Source: Octopus sinensis
Taxonomy: Eukaryota
NCBI RefSeq assembly: GCF_006345805.1
Contig: NC_043015.1
Location: forward strand, 26,536,001-26,600,000
Direction: 5' to 3'
Length of the DNA stretch: 64,000 nucleotides
Shown: positions 53,165-64,000 of the stretch, in pieces
Numbering within the stretch: position 1 is the stretch's first letter
How the letters are laid out: every line of letters begins with the position of its first letter
The notes under the pieces: model-generated
Told to the model about the DNA's origin: nothing
The model's database searches: none
The model's input: only the letters and a program-made list of their open reading frames with translations
Program-made: the position numbers and the translations under genes

Positions 53165-55760
53165 TCTTTAACAGTAAAAGTTATTTTTCTCATTACTTTC
53201 ATCATCATTTTCTTTCTGCATGCCAGAGCCCTGATTCATTCCAAGTTTTTTGTAAGCTTGCTCCTGCTCGAGTTCTTTTATGACTGTATCAACATCCATC
53301 TCTACTGCATGTGAAGTCTTTAGTTTCCCTTTCTGGAAATTGGCCTTGGCAAATTTGTCAAAACCAACTTCCATCCCGATGTTATCACCGAATGCTTTCA
53401 CAGTATGTAGTAGTTTTTCAAGCTCATTATCGTCTGTGCCATAGGGTGTAAAGTCATCCATATAAATTAGATGAATTATTTTCTTGTCGCTAATTTTATG
53501 TCCATAACCTGTGCTGTTAAGTTCACATGTAAGGAGTATTAGGACTATACAAAAAATTAAAGGTGAAAGTTAGTCACCTTGGAAAATGCCGTAGTGGATT
53601 TTAATATTTTTTGTGGTCAGTATTTCATTAGAGAGGTATAATTGGAGGTTCGTATACCACACTGACATGAGCTTCATAAAATTTGAAATCACACGAGAAA
53701 TTTTGAAGATATCCAGTGATTTCAAGCTCCATGTATGCAGTATACTGTAAAAGGCCTTTCTATAATGAATCCATGCAAAACAGATTTCTGCGTTTGTTAT
53801 GACAGATCTCAAGGATCATATGATTGCATTCATATGAGCCTCGTAGGCACCCTTTTTGTTGGGTGGGAAAATTATTGTTAGATAACAGTATGGACCGATA
53901 GTTTGGGGGAAATTTGATTTCATTATTTTTCGGGAATAGGTAATACCACTTGCTAACCAATCGGGTTTTTTCGTAGGATCTTGAATAACTGGACTAACTT
54001 TCTGCGTGCGCACAGGAGAGATACGAGCCAGAAATTTGGCACCCTGTCATAATCAGGGGATTTTCACTTATGAGCCTTCCTGAGTGTCATCATTAGGTCT
54101 GGTATTGTGATATCTTCCCATGCTTGTTCAGGTAAGTTTTTTAGAATCCTTCTGTGCGTCTAATCCACTTTACATTTTCATTGTAAGTCTTTTCATCACT
54201 CCAGATATTTTTCCAAAAGTGTTCAACTTCTTTCATGGTGGGGATGTGAGTCTTCAACGGTTATTTTCTCCTTTTTATTTCTCTGTAGAATGCTTTCGCA
54301 TTGGATGTGAACAGCTTAATTTGGATGTAAAACTTGTTTCTCTTCTCAGATCTTCGTATTCTTTGAGCTTTCGCTTGAACTTTTTGTTGCAGTGTTTCTT
54401 TTGCTGAAAGCAGTTCTTCTCTTGGTGAGAATCTATTTTCTCTTCATCTTTCTTCCTTTTCTGCTTTTTACATCGTTTTCACAAATTAGCTCTTTCAATA
54501 TTGATATTTCATCTGTCATTATTTTAATCACTTTCTCAAGAATATTCTTCTCAGGCTTGTATTTCTTTGTTTTCTTTTTTGTTTGTTTTTATTTTTGAAG
54601 GGGCATACAATTGGTTTCAATTGTCTTATCAGCCGCCTAAATAATTTAGCTTAATTCAGTGAGAACTGCTTTTAGTTTTTTTACAATTTCATTTGTTACA
54701 TATTTTTCAATTTTAATCGACTTTCTGCTTCAGTTCTGTCATAGACTCTCTGTGTCCTTTAGTAAATGTGTAGTCTTCAAATATTGTTTCGTTGCCACTT
54801 TCCTCGCTCTGTTTATCAGGATCATTTTGCAATTTACTTCTTCAGATGTTTGCGTATTCTGTTCAGATGGTAGTCTTTCAATTGAAACCCCCGGAGAGTC
54901 GCTCTCTTCGTTTAGTTCTTTTATTTCCTTCCCAACTTATATTTAGATCATTTTCCACTGCGTGTTTGATCGAGGTTATTTCATTATCTGGGAGCCTTTA
55001 ATTTCTGAAGTTATCCTTCCTAATATCTACTAACTTGTTTTCATCTAAATATAGTCTGCTGTCTTCATTTCGTGTTCTCCATATTTGCTAAGAGTGTGCA
55101 GCATGTTTCCCTTCAGATGGCCTGTCTAATGCATAGTAATAAGCGTATAATGCTTCTATATGCTCTTCTCGGGTCCATTTGATCCTCTTAGAATTTTATT
55201 TCTGTAGTGGGTGTGGTGGTGGACTTGAAAGGCGCGATTTGGAGTAGTTCCCGTTCAAGTGATCATTCAGAGAAAAGCTTGTGCCAGCGGATGACTTTTC
55301 GACAACAGGCTGGCTCTCTCCTAGAGGACGCGCTTCCAGATTAAGCATAGGACAAGAGATTTGGTGTACTGTCGTAGTTTTCCTTTCTAAGGCATATTTG
55401 TGCTACGTTAAAACTACCAACATTGAACCCTGTGTGGAAAATGTAGAGACGGCTGTTGTCTCTGTCACTATTATCAACTTTACCATTAATACTGTTACAG
55501 TTGCTTTAACCTCGCCATCACCACATTGTTCATCGTTAGTTACCACCAATAATGCCTTGATCTGTATGGTTGTGGCTAACCTTTGTAGCCATGGTGACAG
55601 TATAACCGTTATTTAGTTAAGTCTGCCCTCTTTGCTCCTACTACCGTGTGGTAAAATTAAATGCTTAGTTTCAACATTTGTACTTGAGATAATCATAAAT
55701 ATGTGAGGATTGGAGGGGATAGTAGGAGAAATAGAAGCAGTTGCTGAATAAACCATATTC
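53165..55760 (-). mobile_element. R4/Dong-type LINE, 5' and RT portion (decayed)
   Basis: RIKWTREE...AYYY N-terminal motif (~55190), PDWLASGIT.L.PK...NYR, AWIHYRKAFYSI, GIFQGD, YMDDF, YKKLG. Confidence 0.85.
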
Positions 55761-56265
55761 CACAGATCTGTAAAAAGGTGGATGATGAGAAGGAGATCAA
55801 CAATGGGGCTTTGCATTCCTGTACGATCAGGAGGCAAAAGAAGCGTCAAACCTTTGTGATCAGCAGAGGTCAAATGTGTTTACTACAACAAGCGATCAAT
55901 GAGAGCGCTAAACTTGGTCTTGGAAAAAACAATTCATCTTGTTCTGTTTTAACTACTCATAGGAAAATGATAATATATATATATATACTGATGTTTACAT
56001 CGTTGAAGATTTTAATTTTTGAGGTTTATTGAATTTTTATTATTAATATTAATATTTATGAACGTCATTATTGTCACTGGTTTCTAACCGGGACCAGCAA
56101 ATTTGAGGAGAGAAGATTGATCGGTGGCATGGACACCACTACTCGATTAGTGCTCAATAAAATAAAATAGTATTGAAGTACTGTGGCCAAGATTGTCGAG
56201 TAAAATCCTAAAAGTTACTGGCATTGCGCCAAACATTTGAAGCATCATCATTATTATTATTATCA

Positions 56266-56328
<63 letters not shown>

Positions 56329-56341
56329 TATTATTATTACT

Positions 56342-56394
<53 letters not shown>

Positions 56395-56408
56395 TATTAT
56401 TATTATAT

Positions 56409-56690
56409 GAAAACTCACAGCTTATTTTGCTGTGTAAGATGCAAACTAAAATGACATTTGTTTACTGGTCTTACTTCAAGAGACCTGTGAGGAATTCTTG
56501 TAGTTCCAAGCAATGATGATTTTTGTAAGTGTTCTACCTTTAGACTAGCACCAGTCATTTTCAACCATTGTTGATACTTAAGTGCTGATACTTCCAAGAG
56601 CACCAATTACTATTGCTGTCATGTCTACTCTCTTCATACCACAACATTCGTATTATTATAGGTGTTTCAAAGAGAATTTAAGAGATTTAA
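56409..56690 (-). mobile_element. R4/Dong-type LINE 3' end (same family as 41200-41826)
   Basis: IVIGALGS...HLQKSSLLGTTRI; ends in the (AAT)n/(GAT)n array at 56245-56408. Confidence 0.8.
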
Positions 56691-56899
56691 AAAGCACTTG
56701 TAGATTTATCATATATATGCATATTCCAGGCGCCCCGTACCCCCTTTATCATTAATGTGAACACATATTCTTAATAATTGGTACGACTCTCTGTTTGTCT
56801 CTCTCTCTCTCTCTCTCATTTTTACTTTCTCTCTATTCATCTTCTCTTTCCTCTGATCCTTTGGTCTAGTCTTCCACTACCCTCCTATTTCTTTGTCTC

Positions 56900-57510
56900 G
56901 CTCTGCACTCACAGGTCATTCTTCGACACCCATCCCTTCTCCTCTCTGATTCCTTCTTTCTCTCTCTTCTCTCTCTTTGTTGCGTTTTGTCCCCCTTTTC
57001 TCTCTCTCTCTTCCTTTGCTTCTCTTTCTTTTCTTTTCCCTCTTCTCTGTCACGTGACTGTTGGCCGAAATCTGCCTTTCAGCTCCTGACCCTCGTCGTG
57101 TTAACATCGTTGTTCTTCGTCCGCCGCTATAAAGGCTTTTTCCAATGCGCCAGAGAAAAAATTTGTTTGCTTGTTATCAGCCGTAAGACACTTGTTGTTT
57201 TCACCGTTAATGCTTCTGTATTTCATGTTTCTGTATTCCATTATTGTTTTTTGTTTTTTTTTATATCTGTCCCTTTTGCTGTCCTGGTGTTCGTATGCAT
57301 TCGATCCTTCTTTCAGGAAATCTACGCTTCCAGCTTAGTTTTTCTTGGAGGGCTGGCCGTGATCTAGTAATCTCAAGATTAATCAGCCGAAATTACTACG
57401 ATGATCCGGTTCTTGACTGAAGACTGAGGGGTTCGAATGTCCTGTCCATGTTTATTGTATCGTCTTCTATGAGTTATACGTTCTTGTCCATGTTGTATTT
57501 TTCTACATAC
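56900..57510 (+). repeat. Interspersed repeat family E (pyrimidine-rich, possibly pLTR-like)
   Basis: Shares ~110 bp with 10900-11010; identity not established. Confidence 0.5.
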
Positions 57511-57869
57511 CTTAATATATATTATATATATATATTATATATATATATATATGTCATAAATATCATATATGTTTGTGTTTGTGTGTACGTGTGGGTATAA
57601 TATGATATACATGTGTGTCTGTGTGTGTGTGTCTGTGTCTGTGTGTGCGTGTGTGTTTGAGTGTGTGTGTGTATATATATATCATATATTTATCTCCCCT
57701 TTCTGTACCCTTATGATAAGTATAAAATTCAATTCTATATCTATCTACCGTTATTTAACGCCGGCAACTACCTACACTATTATTGCTGTTATTTTCAAAT
57801 ATTTTTTTATTTATCGCAGACAATAATATCTCTATACGCATTTGAATATTTATTCCTTATGTATGTATG

Positions 57870-57922
<53 letters not shown>

Positions 57923-58105
57923 TTAGAGATAAAACCACTATTAGGCAAATCAAACAGTGAAAAACATAAACTAATAAATAGAAATAAATTAATTAATACA
58001 ATATACAAAATATATAAAATATAAAATTCTAAATTTAAATTATTTAAATTTAAATTTAGAGTTAAAATTTTAAAAATTACTTAAGCTATTAATTTATACT
58101 TATAA

Positions 58106-58167
<62 letters not shown>

Positions 58168-58334
58168 TCTATTTTTATTAATTATATATATATATATAAC
58201 TATCAAAAAGAATTTAAAAGTTTAATATAAGATAAAGAGTAAAACCACTACGATCGTTTCATACCCATAATCAAATTCGAATAACAATAATTTAAATTCA
58301 ATATATATATTAATATTTTAATATTTTTATTAGT

Positions 58335-58950
58335 AATAATAAACGTTTCGAGCGGAGCTCTTCGCCGGAAACATAGGAGAAGGAAAGATCCAGAGATGGG
58401 AAGACAGAGGAAAAAAATCACCAACGGTACACACGCGGTCACATCTTGTATGTATTCGCGTGTGTGTATGTATTTATGTCAGTTTGAATATATATGTACT
58501 ATGATTTGAGTATGTGTTTATATTCATATCTATGTTTGTATCTGTTGTGGATATGAGGTGGTGAAAGTTGATTACTGATGTTGGTGGTTGGTGAAATCCT
58601 TTGACTTGTCCCTTTTATCTGCTGGTAAGTATGCTATGTAGTTGATGACATTTTAAGTACACTCCCTGACACCACTGTGTCTATAGACACGTCAGATTAT
58701 TTTGCTGTCAAAGTTGAACCATGAATTAATTTAGATTAAATAATTTACATTTTTCCATTGTATGATTTTCTATATTTGTTTGTTAATTGCCTGTTTTAGA
58801 CCCCGTCTTCTAATCTGGAACTTGCATATCTATAGTACCCCGTCAGTACTTGAAGTCTACAATGTTATTCTATTTCCCTGGTGGGTTCTGTGAGTTTGTA
58901 TGTAGCCACTTTGTGGCATCTGACATGTTGATGGGTACTGATTCTTAAGG
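58335..58950 (-). mobile_element. PLE family C relic (degraded GIY-YIG plus pLTR)
   Basis: 58340-58445 is homologous to 10340-10430; weak NIV.F...YASSRLED GIY-YIG remnant. Confidence 0.55.
58338..58372 (-). ncRNA. Degenerate hammerhead motif (family C)
   Basis: TTT-CCGGCGA-A-GAGC-TCC-GCTC-GAAA-CG-TT...; two core substitutions relative to CTGACGA. Confidence 0.45.
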
Positions 58951-58959
58951 GACCTTTAT

Positions 58960-59125
58960 ATGTTCCGAGTTCAAATTCCGCCGAGGTCGACTTTGCCTTT
59001 CATCCTTTCGGGGTCGATAAATTAAGTACCAGTTACGCACTGGAGTCGATGTAATCGACTTAATCCCTTTATTTGTCTTTGTTTGTCCCCTCTGTGTTTA
59101 GCCCCTTGTGGGTGGTAAAGAAATA
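58960..59125 (+). mobile_element. SINE (5'-truncated)
   Basis: GAGTTCAAATTCCGCCGAGGTCGACTTTGCCTTTCATCC... Confidence 0.88.
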
Positions 59126-59335
59126 TATATCTATATCATATGTGTGTGTGTGATTCCCACCACTGCTTGACAACTGGAGTTGGTTTCTTTATGTCCCCCA
59201 AATAGACAAAATAAGTACCAGGTTTAATAAGTACTGGTGTTAATTTATTCAACTAACCCCTCCAACACAGTACTGCAGCATGGCTGCAGTCCAATGGCTG
59301 AAGTAAGTAAAAAGATAAAATATATAGTAAAATAT

Positions 59336-59740
59336 AGGCGCAGAAGTGGCTGTGTGGTAAGTAGCTTGCTAACCAGCTGCATGGTTCCGGGTTCAGTCCC
59401 ACTGCGTGGCATCTTGGGCGAGTGTCTTCTGATATAGCCTCGGGCCGACCAATGCCTTGTGAGTGGATTTGGTAGACAGAAACTGAAAGAAGCCTGTCGT
59501 ATATATGTATATATATATATATGTATGTGTGTATGTGTTTGTGTGTCTCTGTTTGTCTCTCTAGCATTGCTTGACAACCAATGCTGGTGTGTTTACGTCC
59601 CCGTCACCTAGCGGTTCGGCAAAAGAGACCGATAGAATAAGTACTGGGCTTACAAAGAATAAGTCCCGGGGTCGATTTGCTCGACTAAAGGCGGTACTCC
59701 AGCATGGCCGCAGTCAAATGACTGAAACACGTAAAAGAGT
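59336..59740 (+). mobile_element. Full-length tRNA-derived SINE
   Basis: AGGCGCAGAAGTGGCTGTGTGGTAAG...GGTTCAGTCCC head; matches 26815-27211. Confidence 0.92.
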
Positions 59741-60006
59741 AATAATGAATAATTAATTAGATATTTATTAAACTTGAATATATATTTATTGATAGAGATA
59801 ATTTTAGATCTTAATACTTATATTTATATAATATGATATTATATATGAAACGATCGTAGTGGTTTTACTCTTTATCTTATATCAAACTTTTTAATTCTTT
59901 TTGATAGTTATATTTATATATAAAAATTTATATAATTATATTTATATTTATATATCCATATTTCTCGTTGGCTAACTAATAACTTTCAAAAATTGTATAG
60001 TTAAGA

Positions 60007-60065
<59 letters not shown>

Positions 60066-60265
60066 TAGATTATTTGTGGTATCTTACCTTAAAAATTAAT
60101 ACTTAAAAATTAATATTTAACATATAATCGATTGTGTGACATAATCATAATCGTTAATATTTCTAGTTTGATAATAGAGTTTTTTATAAGAAAAATTATT
60201 ATTTTATTTATTTCTTAAAAAATATTGTTTAAATATTTTTGATTATTTATTTAAATATTATCATT

Positions 60266-60360
60266 AACCTGAAGAATGACTATAACCATAATTCGAATTA
60301 TAGATTGAATTTAAATTATTGTTATTCGAATTAGATTATGGACATGAAACGATCATAGTG
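60266..60360 (+). ncRNA. Hammerhead motif with long stem II (family B)
   Basis: CTGAAGA-ATGACTATAACCATAATTCGAAT...ATTCGAATTAGATTATGGACAT-GAAA-CGATCA-TA; weak stem I. Confidence 0.5.
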
Positions 60361-60537
60361 ATTTTACTCTTTATCTTATATTAAACATATATAGATGTAT
60401 GTATGTATGTATGCATGTATGTATGTATGTATGTGTGTATGTATGTATGTAAGTATGTATGCATATATGTATATATACATGCACACACACACACAGATAT
60501 TAACACATATATATATATACATACGTATACATATGTT

Positions 60538-60568
<31 letters not shown>

Positions 60569-60626
60569 GAGCGTACATGTATTAGTATACATATATGTAT
60601 GTATCTACCTACCTATCTACTAATCA

Positions 60627-60665
<39 letters not shown>

Positions 60666-61354
60666 TTATATATAGTTATATATTTATCTATATTTGTGTG
60701 TAAATGTGTATGTGTATGTGTGTATGCGTGCGTGTGTGCGAATATGCGTGTTGTATCACAGTACATCAATGTATCGCTGTTAGTGTGTCAGTCTTCTCTC
60801 TTGCAGTTCTCAGTAAATTTAATTGTTAATTTCTATGATGAGTTATTTTAATTGCCACAGTTAATTACCATTTTTCATTTATGTTCATTAATGAGTTAAA
60901 CGTATCATAAATGGCCCAAAAGAGTTTGAAAGAACTTTTTCCGAAATGTGTACCATCATACACAGCATGAATGAAAAGCTGAATCTCAGCGGGTGGGAAA
61001 ATCACGCAACATTTCTGAATTTTAAAATATCAATAGTCATTGACGATCAATTTCATAATTTCATGGTGATGATTGTCTAGGCAGTAGGCGGCTCTGTGAC
61101 ACCGTGTGGCAGCGTGTGACGTACTGTGGTGTGCTCCATGCTTTATCTTCGTCTATATGTTTGAAAGAGTTCAACTTACACATTTCGTTACGTTATTACT
61201 TAAGATGTGGTCGTCTTTACTCTCTTCCTCTATTTTTCTTTCACTTTCTCTTCCCTCACGCTTTCTCTCTCTTTCTCATATTCTGTATATATATATACAT
61301 ATATATATATTATATATATATATATATAATATTAATATATATATATATATATAT

Positions 61355-61407
<53 letters not shown>

Positions 61408-61433
61408 ATATATAATATATATATATATATTAT

Positions 61434-61466
<33 letters not shown>

Positions 61467-61532
61467 TATATTATATATATATATATAATATATATATATA
61501 TAATATATATATATATCTTGTATATATGTATA

Positions 61533-62270
61533 TCTCTATACTATAATTCTGAAATGCAAAAAGTTTGTTTGTCTGGTTTTGGCGTTGAGAACGGGTTAAA
61601 GGGCACTAGAACCCGTCGGATTGACTCCAAAATTTACAGGGACATGTAAAATGAGGTGAGGACGCCAGTAGGCTAGGTTAGAAATCTCCATATTAAAAGG
61701 TGTCGTTGCTAGGGCGAAAAACGCACACTTTAACAAGTCTCCTCTCATTCTTTTATCTTCCCCCATCTCTCTCTCTCTCTTTCCTCCCTTCCTTTCACAT
61801 TCTCTCTATAACGTCATTTGATAGCGTCTACTATCTTTCCTCCGCCGCCTTCAATATTTTTACGCTTTTTAAACCCTTCGTCGTTATTCTCATTCACTCA
61901 TTATTACTTTCTCTCTCCTCCTCTCTCTCTATATATATAGAGAAAGATTCTCATGATTGTGTGGTGGTGGTGATGGCGATGATAATACTCTCTATGAATG
62001 CAGACAGACGTAGAGAGAGAGGGAGATAGTGACAGCGCTGGCGAAGGCGGCGGAGGAAAGATAGTAGACGCTATCAAACGACGTTATAGAGAGAAAGTGA
62101 AAGGAAGGGAGAAAGTAATAATGAGTGAATGAGAATAACGACGAAGGGTTTAAAAAGCATAAAAATATTTTCTTTCTCAACTTACTCAACATCTTTTTTT
62201 GTTTATAAATAGGAGAGAGATAGATAGAGAAAGATATATATAACAAAGTGGAGTTGTAAGGTACCGCACG
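61533..62270 (+). mobile_element. Helitron-like element with internal permuted inverted repeat
   Basis: A^TCTCTATACTATAATTC 5' end; no CTAG 3' end seen; inverted blocks 61791-61913 vs 62043-62169. Confidence 0.4.
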
Positions 62271-62280
62271 AGGGGAATTA

Positions 62281-62858
62281 TATATGAAAGAAGTTTTAAA
62301 AAAGCAATTTTAAATTATGTTTATGCACTCTACCGGTTTCACTTTTTAGAAAAAGATTGTCAAAAGTAACATGTTAAAGTTTGGTTGTGTTAATTATTGG
62401 TTGTCACAAAATGCTACAATACATATATACATTCTTTAGTAATAAGAACATGTTAAGAACATAAAAAAGTTTAACAAGTTCATTAAAATATATTAGACAC
62501 AAAAGATTACAACATATATATACATTCTCAAGAAAATGTTAAAGATAGTTTCCAGAAGGAATTATTAAAAAGTTCAGTGGGATATTGGTATTTTATCTGT
62601 ATATACATACACGCACAGAATATTATGAGTTCAAAAATGTTTACATTATAGTAGTAGGGAAGCTCAAACTGACCTGGTCCACCATGTTATCGTAAAAGAC
62701 TATTTTCTATTTCAAGGGACACTGTAGGTGTGTTTGGGTGGGGGAAGGAAGAGTAATGTGGAACTTAGTAACTTAGAGTAGGCTCGAACTAGAGATTTCT
62801 CTTTGTGGCTAATGGCGTGAGTCCTGATTGGAAGAAGAAGAAGAAGAAGAACAAGACG

Positions 62859-62890
<32 letters not shown>

Positions 62891-63022
62891 GAAGAAGAAG
62901 TGGAAAGAAGAAGGAGAAGAAGAAGAAGAAGAAGAAGAAGAAGAAGAATGCTTCGTAAAAAGTGAAACCGGTAAAGTAAATAAACATGTTTTAAAATTGC
63001 ATTTTCAAACTTTCTTTCATAT
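62281..63022 (-). mobile_element. PLE family A relic with ~65-bp inverted ends
   Basis: 62281-62765 is the reverse complement of 700-1380 (without the internal duplication); inverted end at 62958-63022; (GAA)n at 62830-62945. Confidence 0.8.
62327..62367 (-). ncRNA. Hammerhead motif, U3:A8 core (family A)
   Basis: ACTT-TTGACAA-TCTTTTTCTAAAAAGT-GAAA-CCG-GTA-GAGT. Confidence 0.65.
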
Positions 63023-63429
63023 ATATAATATATATATATTTATATAAATGCATATATATATGTATATGTGCATATATATATATGCATATATGTATGCATA
63101 TATAAGTGTGTGTGTGTGTACATATGAACAGATAGATATGTAGAGATAAACACATATACATGTATATCACAAGAATATTACTGCAAACTTGTGTGAAAGT
63201 GGTGCCGGAAGTGGCATACAGACCATCATATAACTTTTTTGACACGCGCTTGGCGTTATTATTCTTCTCTTCTATTTTACGGATTCAGTGGTACATTCAC
63301 GTTGCGTATTCTTACTTCTCTTTCCGGTTCCTACTAAAATCTCTTTACTGATCACAACCACCTCACGAACCTGTGGTCTTAAGGGACGCTTCGCGTTCCG
63401 ATGGTTGTGAAAAAGTGGTATTACTTATT

Positions 63430-63850
63430 ATTACACCTACTAACTTTAAACAAAGACCACGAAATCATCTTTCTTCCTTCAAATATCGAGAACAAATTAA
63501 ACGAGCAAGTTTGAGCGGTTTCATTTGAACTTGAAGGGATAGGATGTGATATTGAATTGGGAATCATCAGTAGTGCCTTACTATACTATATCTACCGGAC
63601 ATTAGATTATGAATCGCAGCCAGAAATATTATTGTTGCAGATGTGATGCATGATGGTCGTGAAAACAGCACAGTGCAGTTAATATGATACAAAGATCACA
63701 GCCTGTCATCGATTATCTGATGAGAGCATCCTTGGCATTAACTACCGAAATATTTCTACGTTAAAACGTTTGAAAATTACAACGAAACCAATGTTCTGCT
63801 GAGGAAATCCAATAAACGTGAAACACGTCCAGAGATTTTCATTTTAAATG
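63430..63850 (+). mobile_element. PLE relic (family H): GIY-YIG C-terminal half plus pLTR start
   Basis: TNFKQRPRNHLSSFKYREQIKRASLSGFI* matches the FK.R...H.SSF...LS..IW pattern; in-frame stops. Confidence 0.7.
63795..63833 (+). ncRNA. Hammerhead motif (family H)
   Basis: TCTG-CTGAGGA-AATCCAATAAACGT-GAAA-CAC-GTC-CAGA: perfect stem I, GUC triplet, weak stem II. Confidence 0.55.
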
Positions 63851-64000
63851 TCGGAAAAAAAGGAAGAAAATATTTGCCATTCTATTAATATTATTCCATT
63901 CCTCTAGCTAAATATTTTCCTCGTATTTTAGCATTTAAATGTTTAATGTTCCAACAGAGTATATGCTTTCACCTGTTTAGCTAATATTTATCTTTGAGAT

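Larger units (their letters stand above)
57919..60385. mobile_element. AT-rich PLE-like family B, copy 2 (rearranged, with nested elements)
   Basis: Same terminus TTAGAGATAAAACCACTATTAGGCAAA as 25288; 60060-60385 matches 26135-26290 plus 26520-26700; a segment near 59945-59995 is inverted relative to 25810-25860. Confidence 0.65.

Noticed and set aside
63716-63760. Second hammerhead CTGATGA...GAAATATTTC
   Set aside because: No complementary stem I and poor stem II.

Overview
AT-rich, microsatellite-dense eukaryotic non-genic DNA (intergenic or deep intronic). The SINE families and composition resemble Octopus (cephalopod) DNA; this is recognised from memory, not database-verified. I found no intact host gene, rRNA, true tRNA or CRISPR array, and most listed ORFs are translations of simple repeats. 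The window is a mosaic of decayed mobile elements: about ten Penelope-like (PLE) relics with GIY-YIG fragments and pseudo-LTRs (pLTRs), often with inverted ends; R4/Dong-type REL-endonuclease LINEs, RTE and HERO-like LINE fragments; tRNA-derived SINEs; three adjacent Tc1/mariner elements; a piggyBac relic; Helitron-like elements; and a fold-back palindrome. Three signals not shown by the ORF track stand out. (1) About a dozen minimal type-I hammerhead ribozyme motifs occur in at least six PLE-like families, and two of these families use a compensatory U3:A8 core (UUGANAA instead of CUGANGA). (2) A REL-type LINE is flanked on both sides by (TACA)n, alongside Dong-like copies abutting (AAT)n, which suggests microsatellite-specific targeting. 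(3) RT-less hammerhead elements have tandem or inverted ends and resemble retrozymes. All alignments and translations were done by eye, so element boundaries are approximate.
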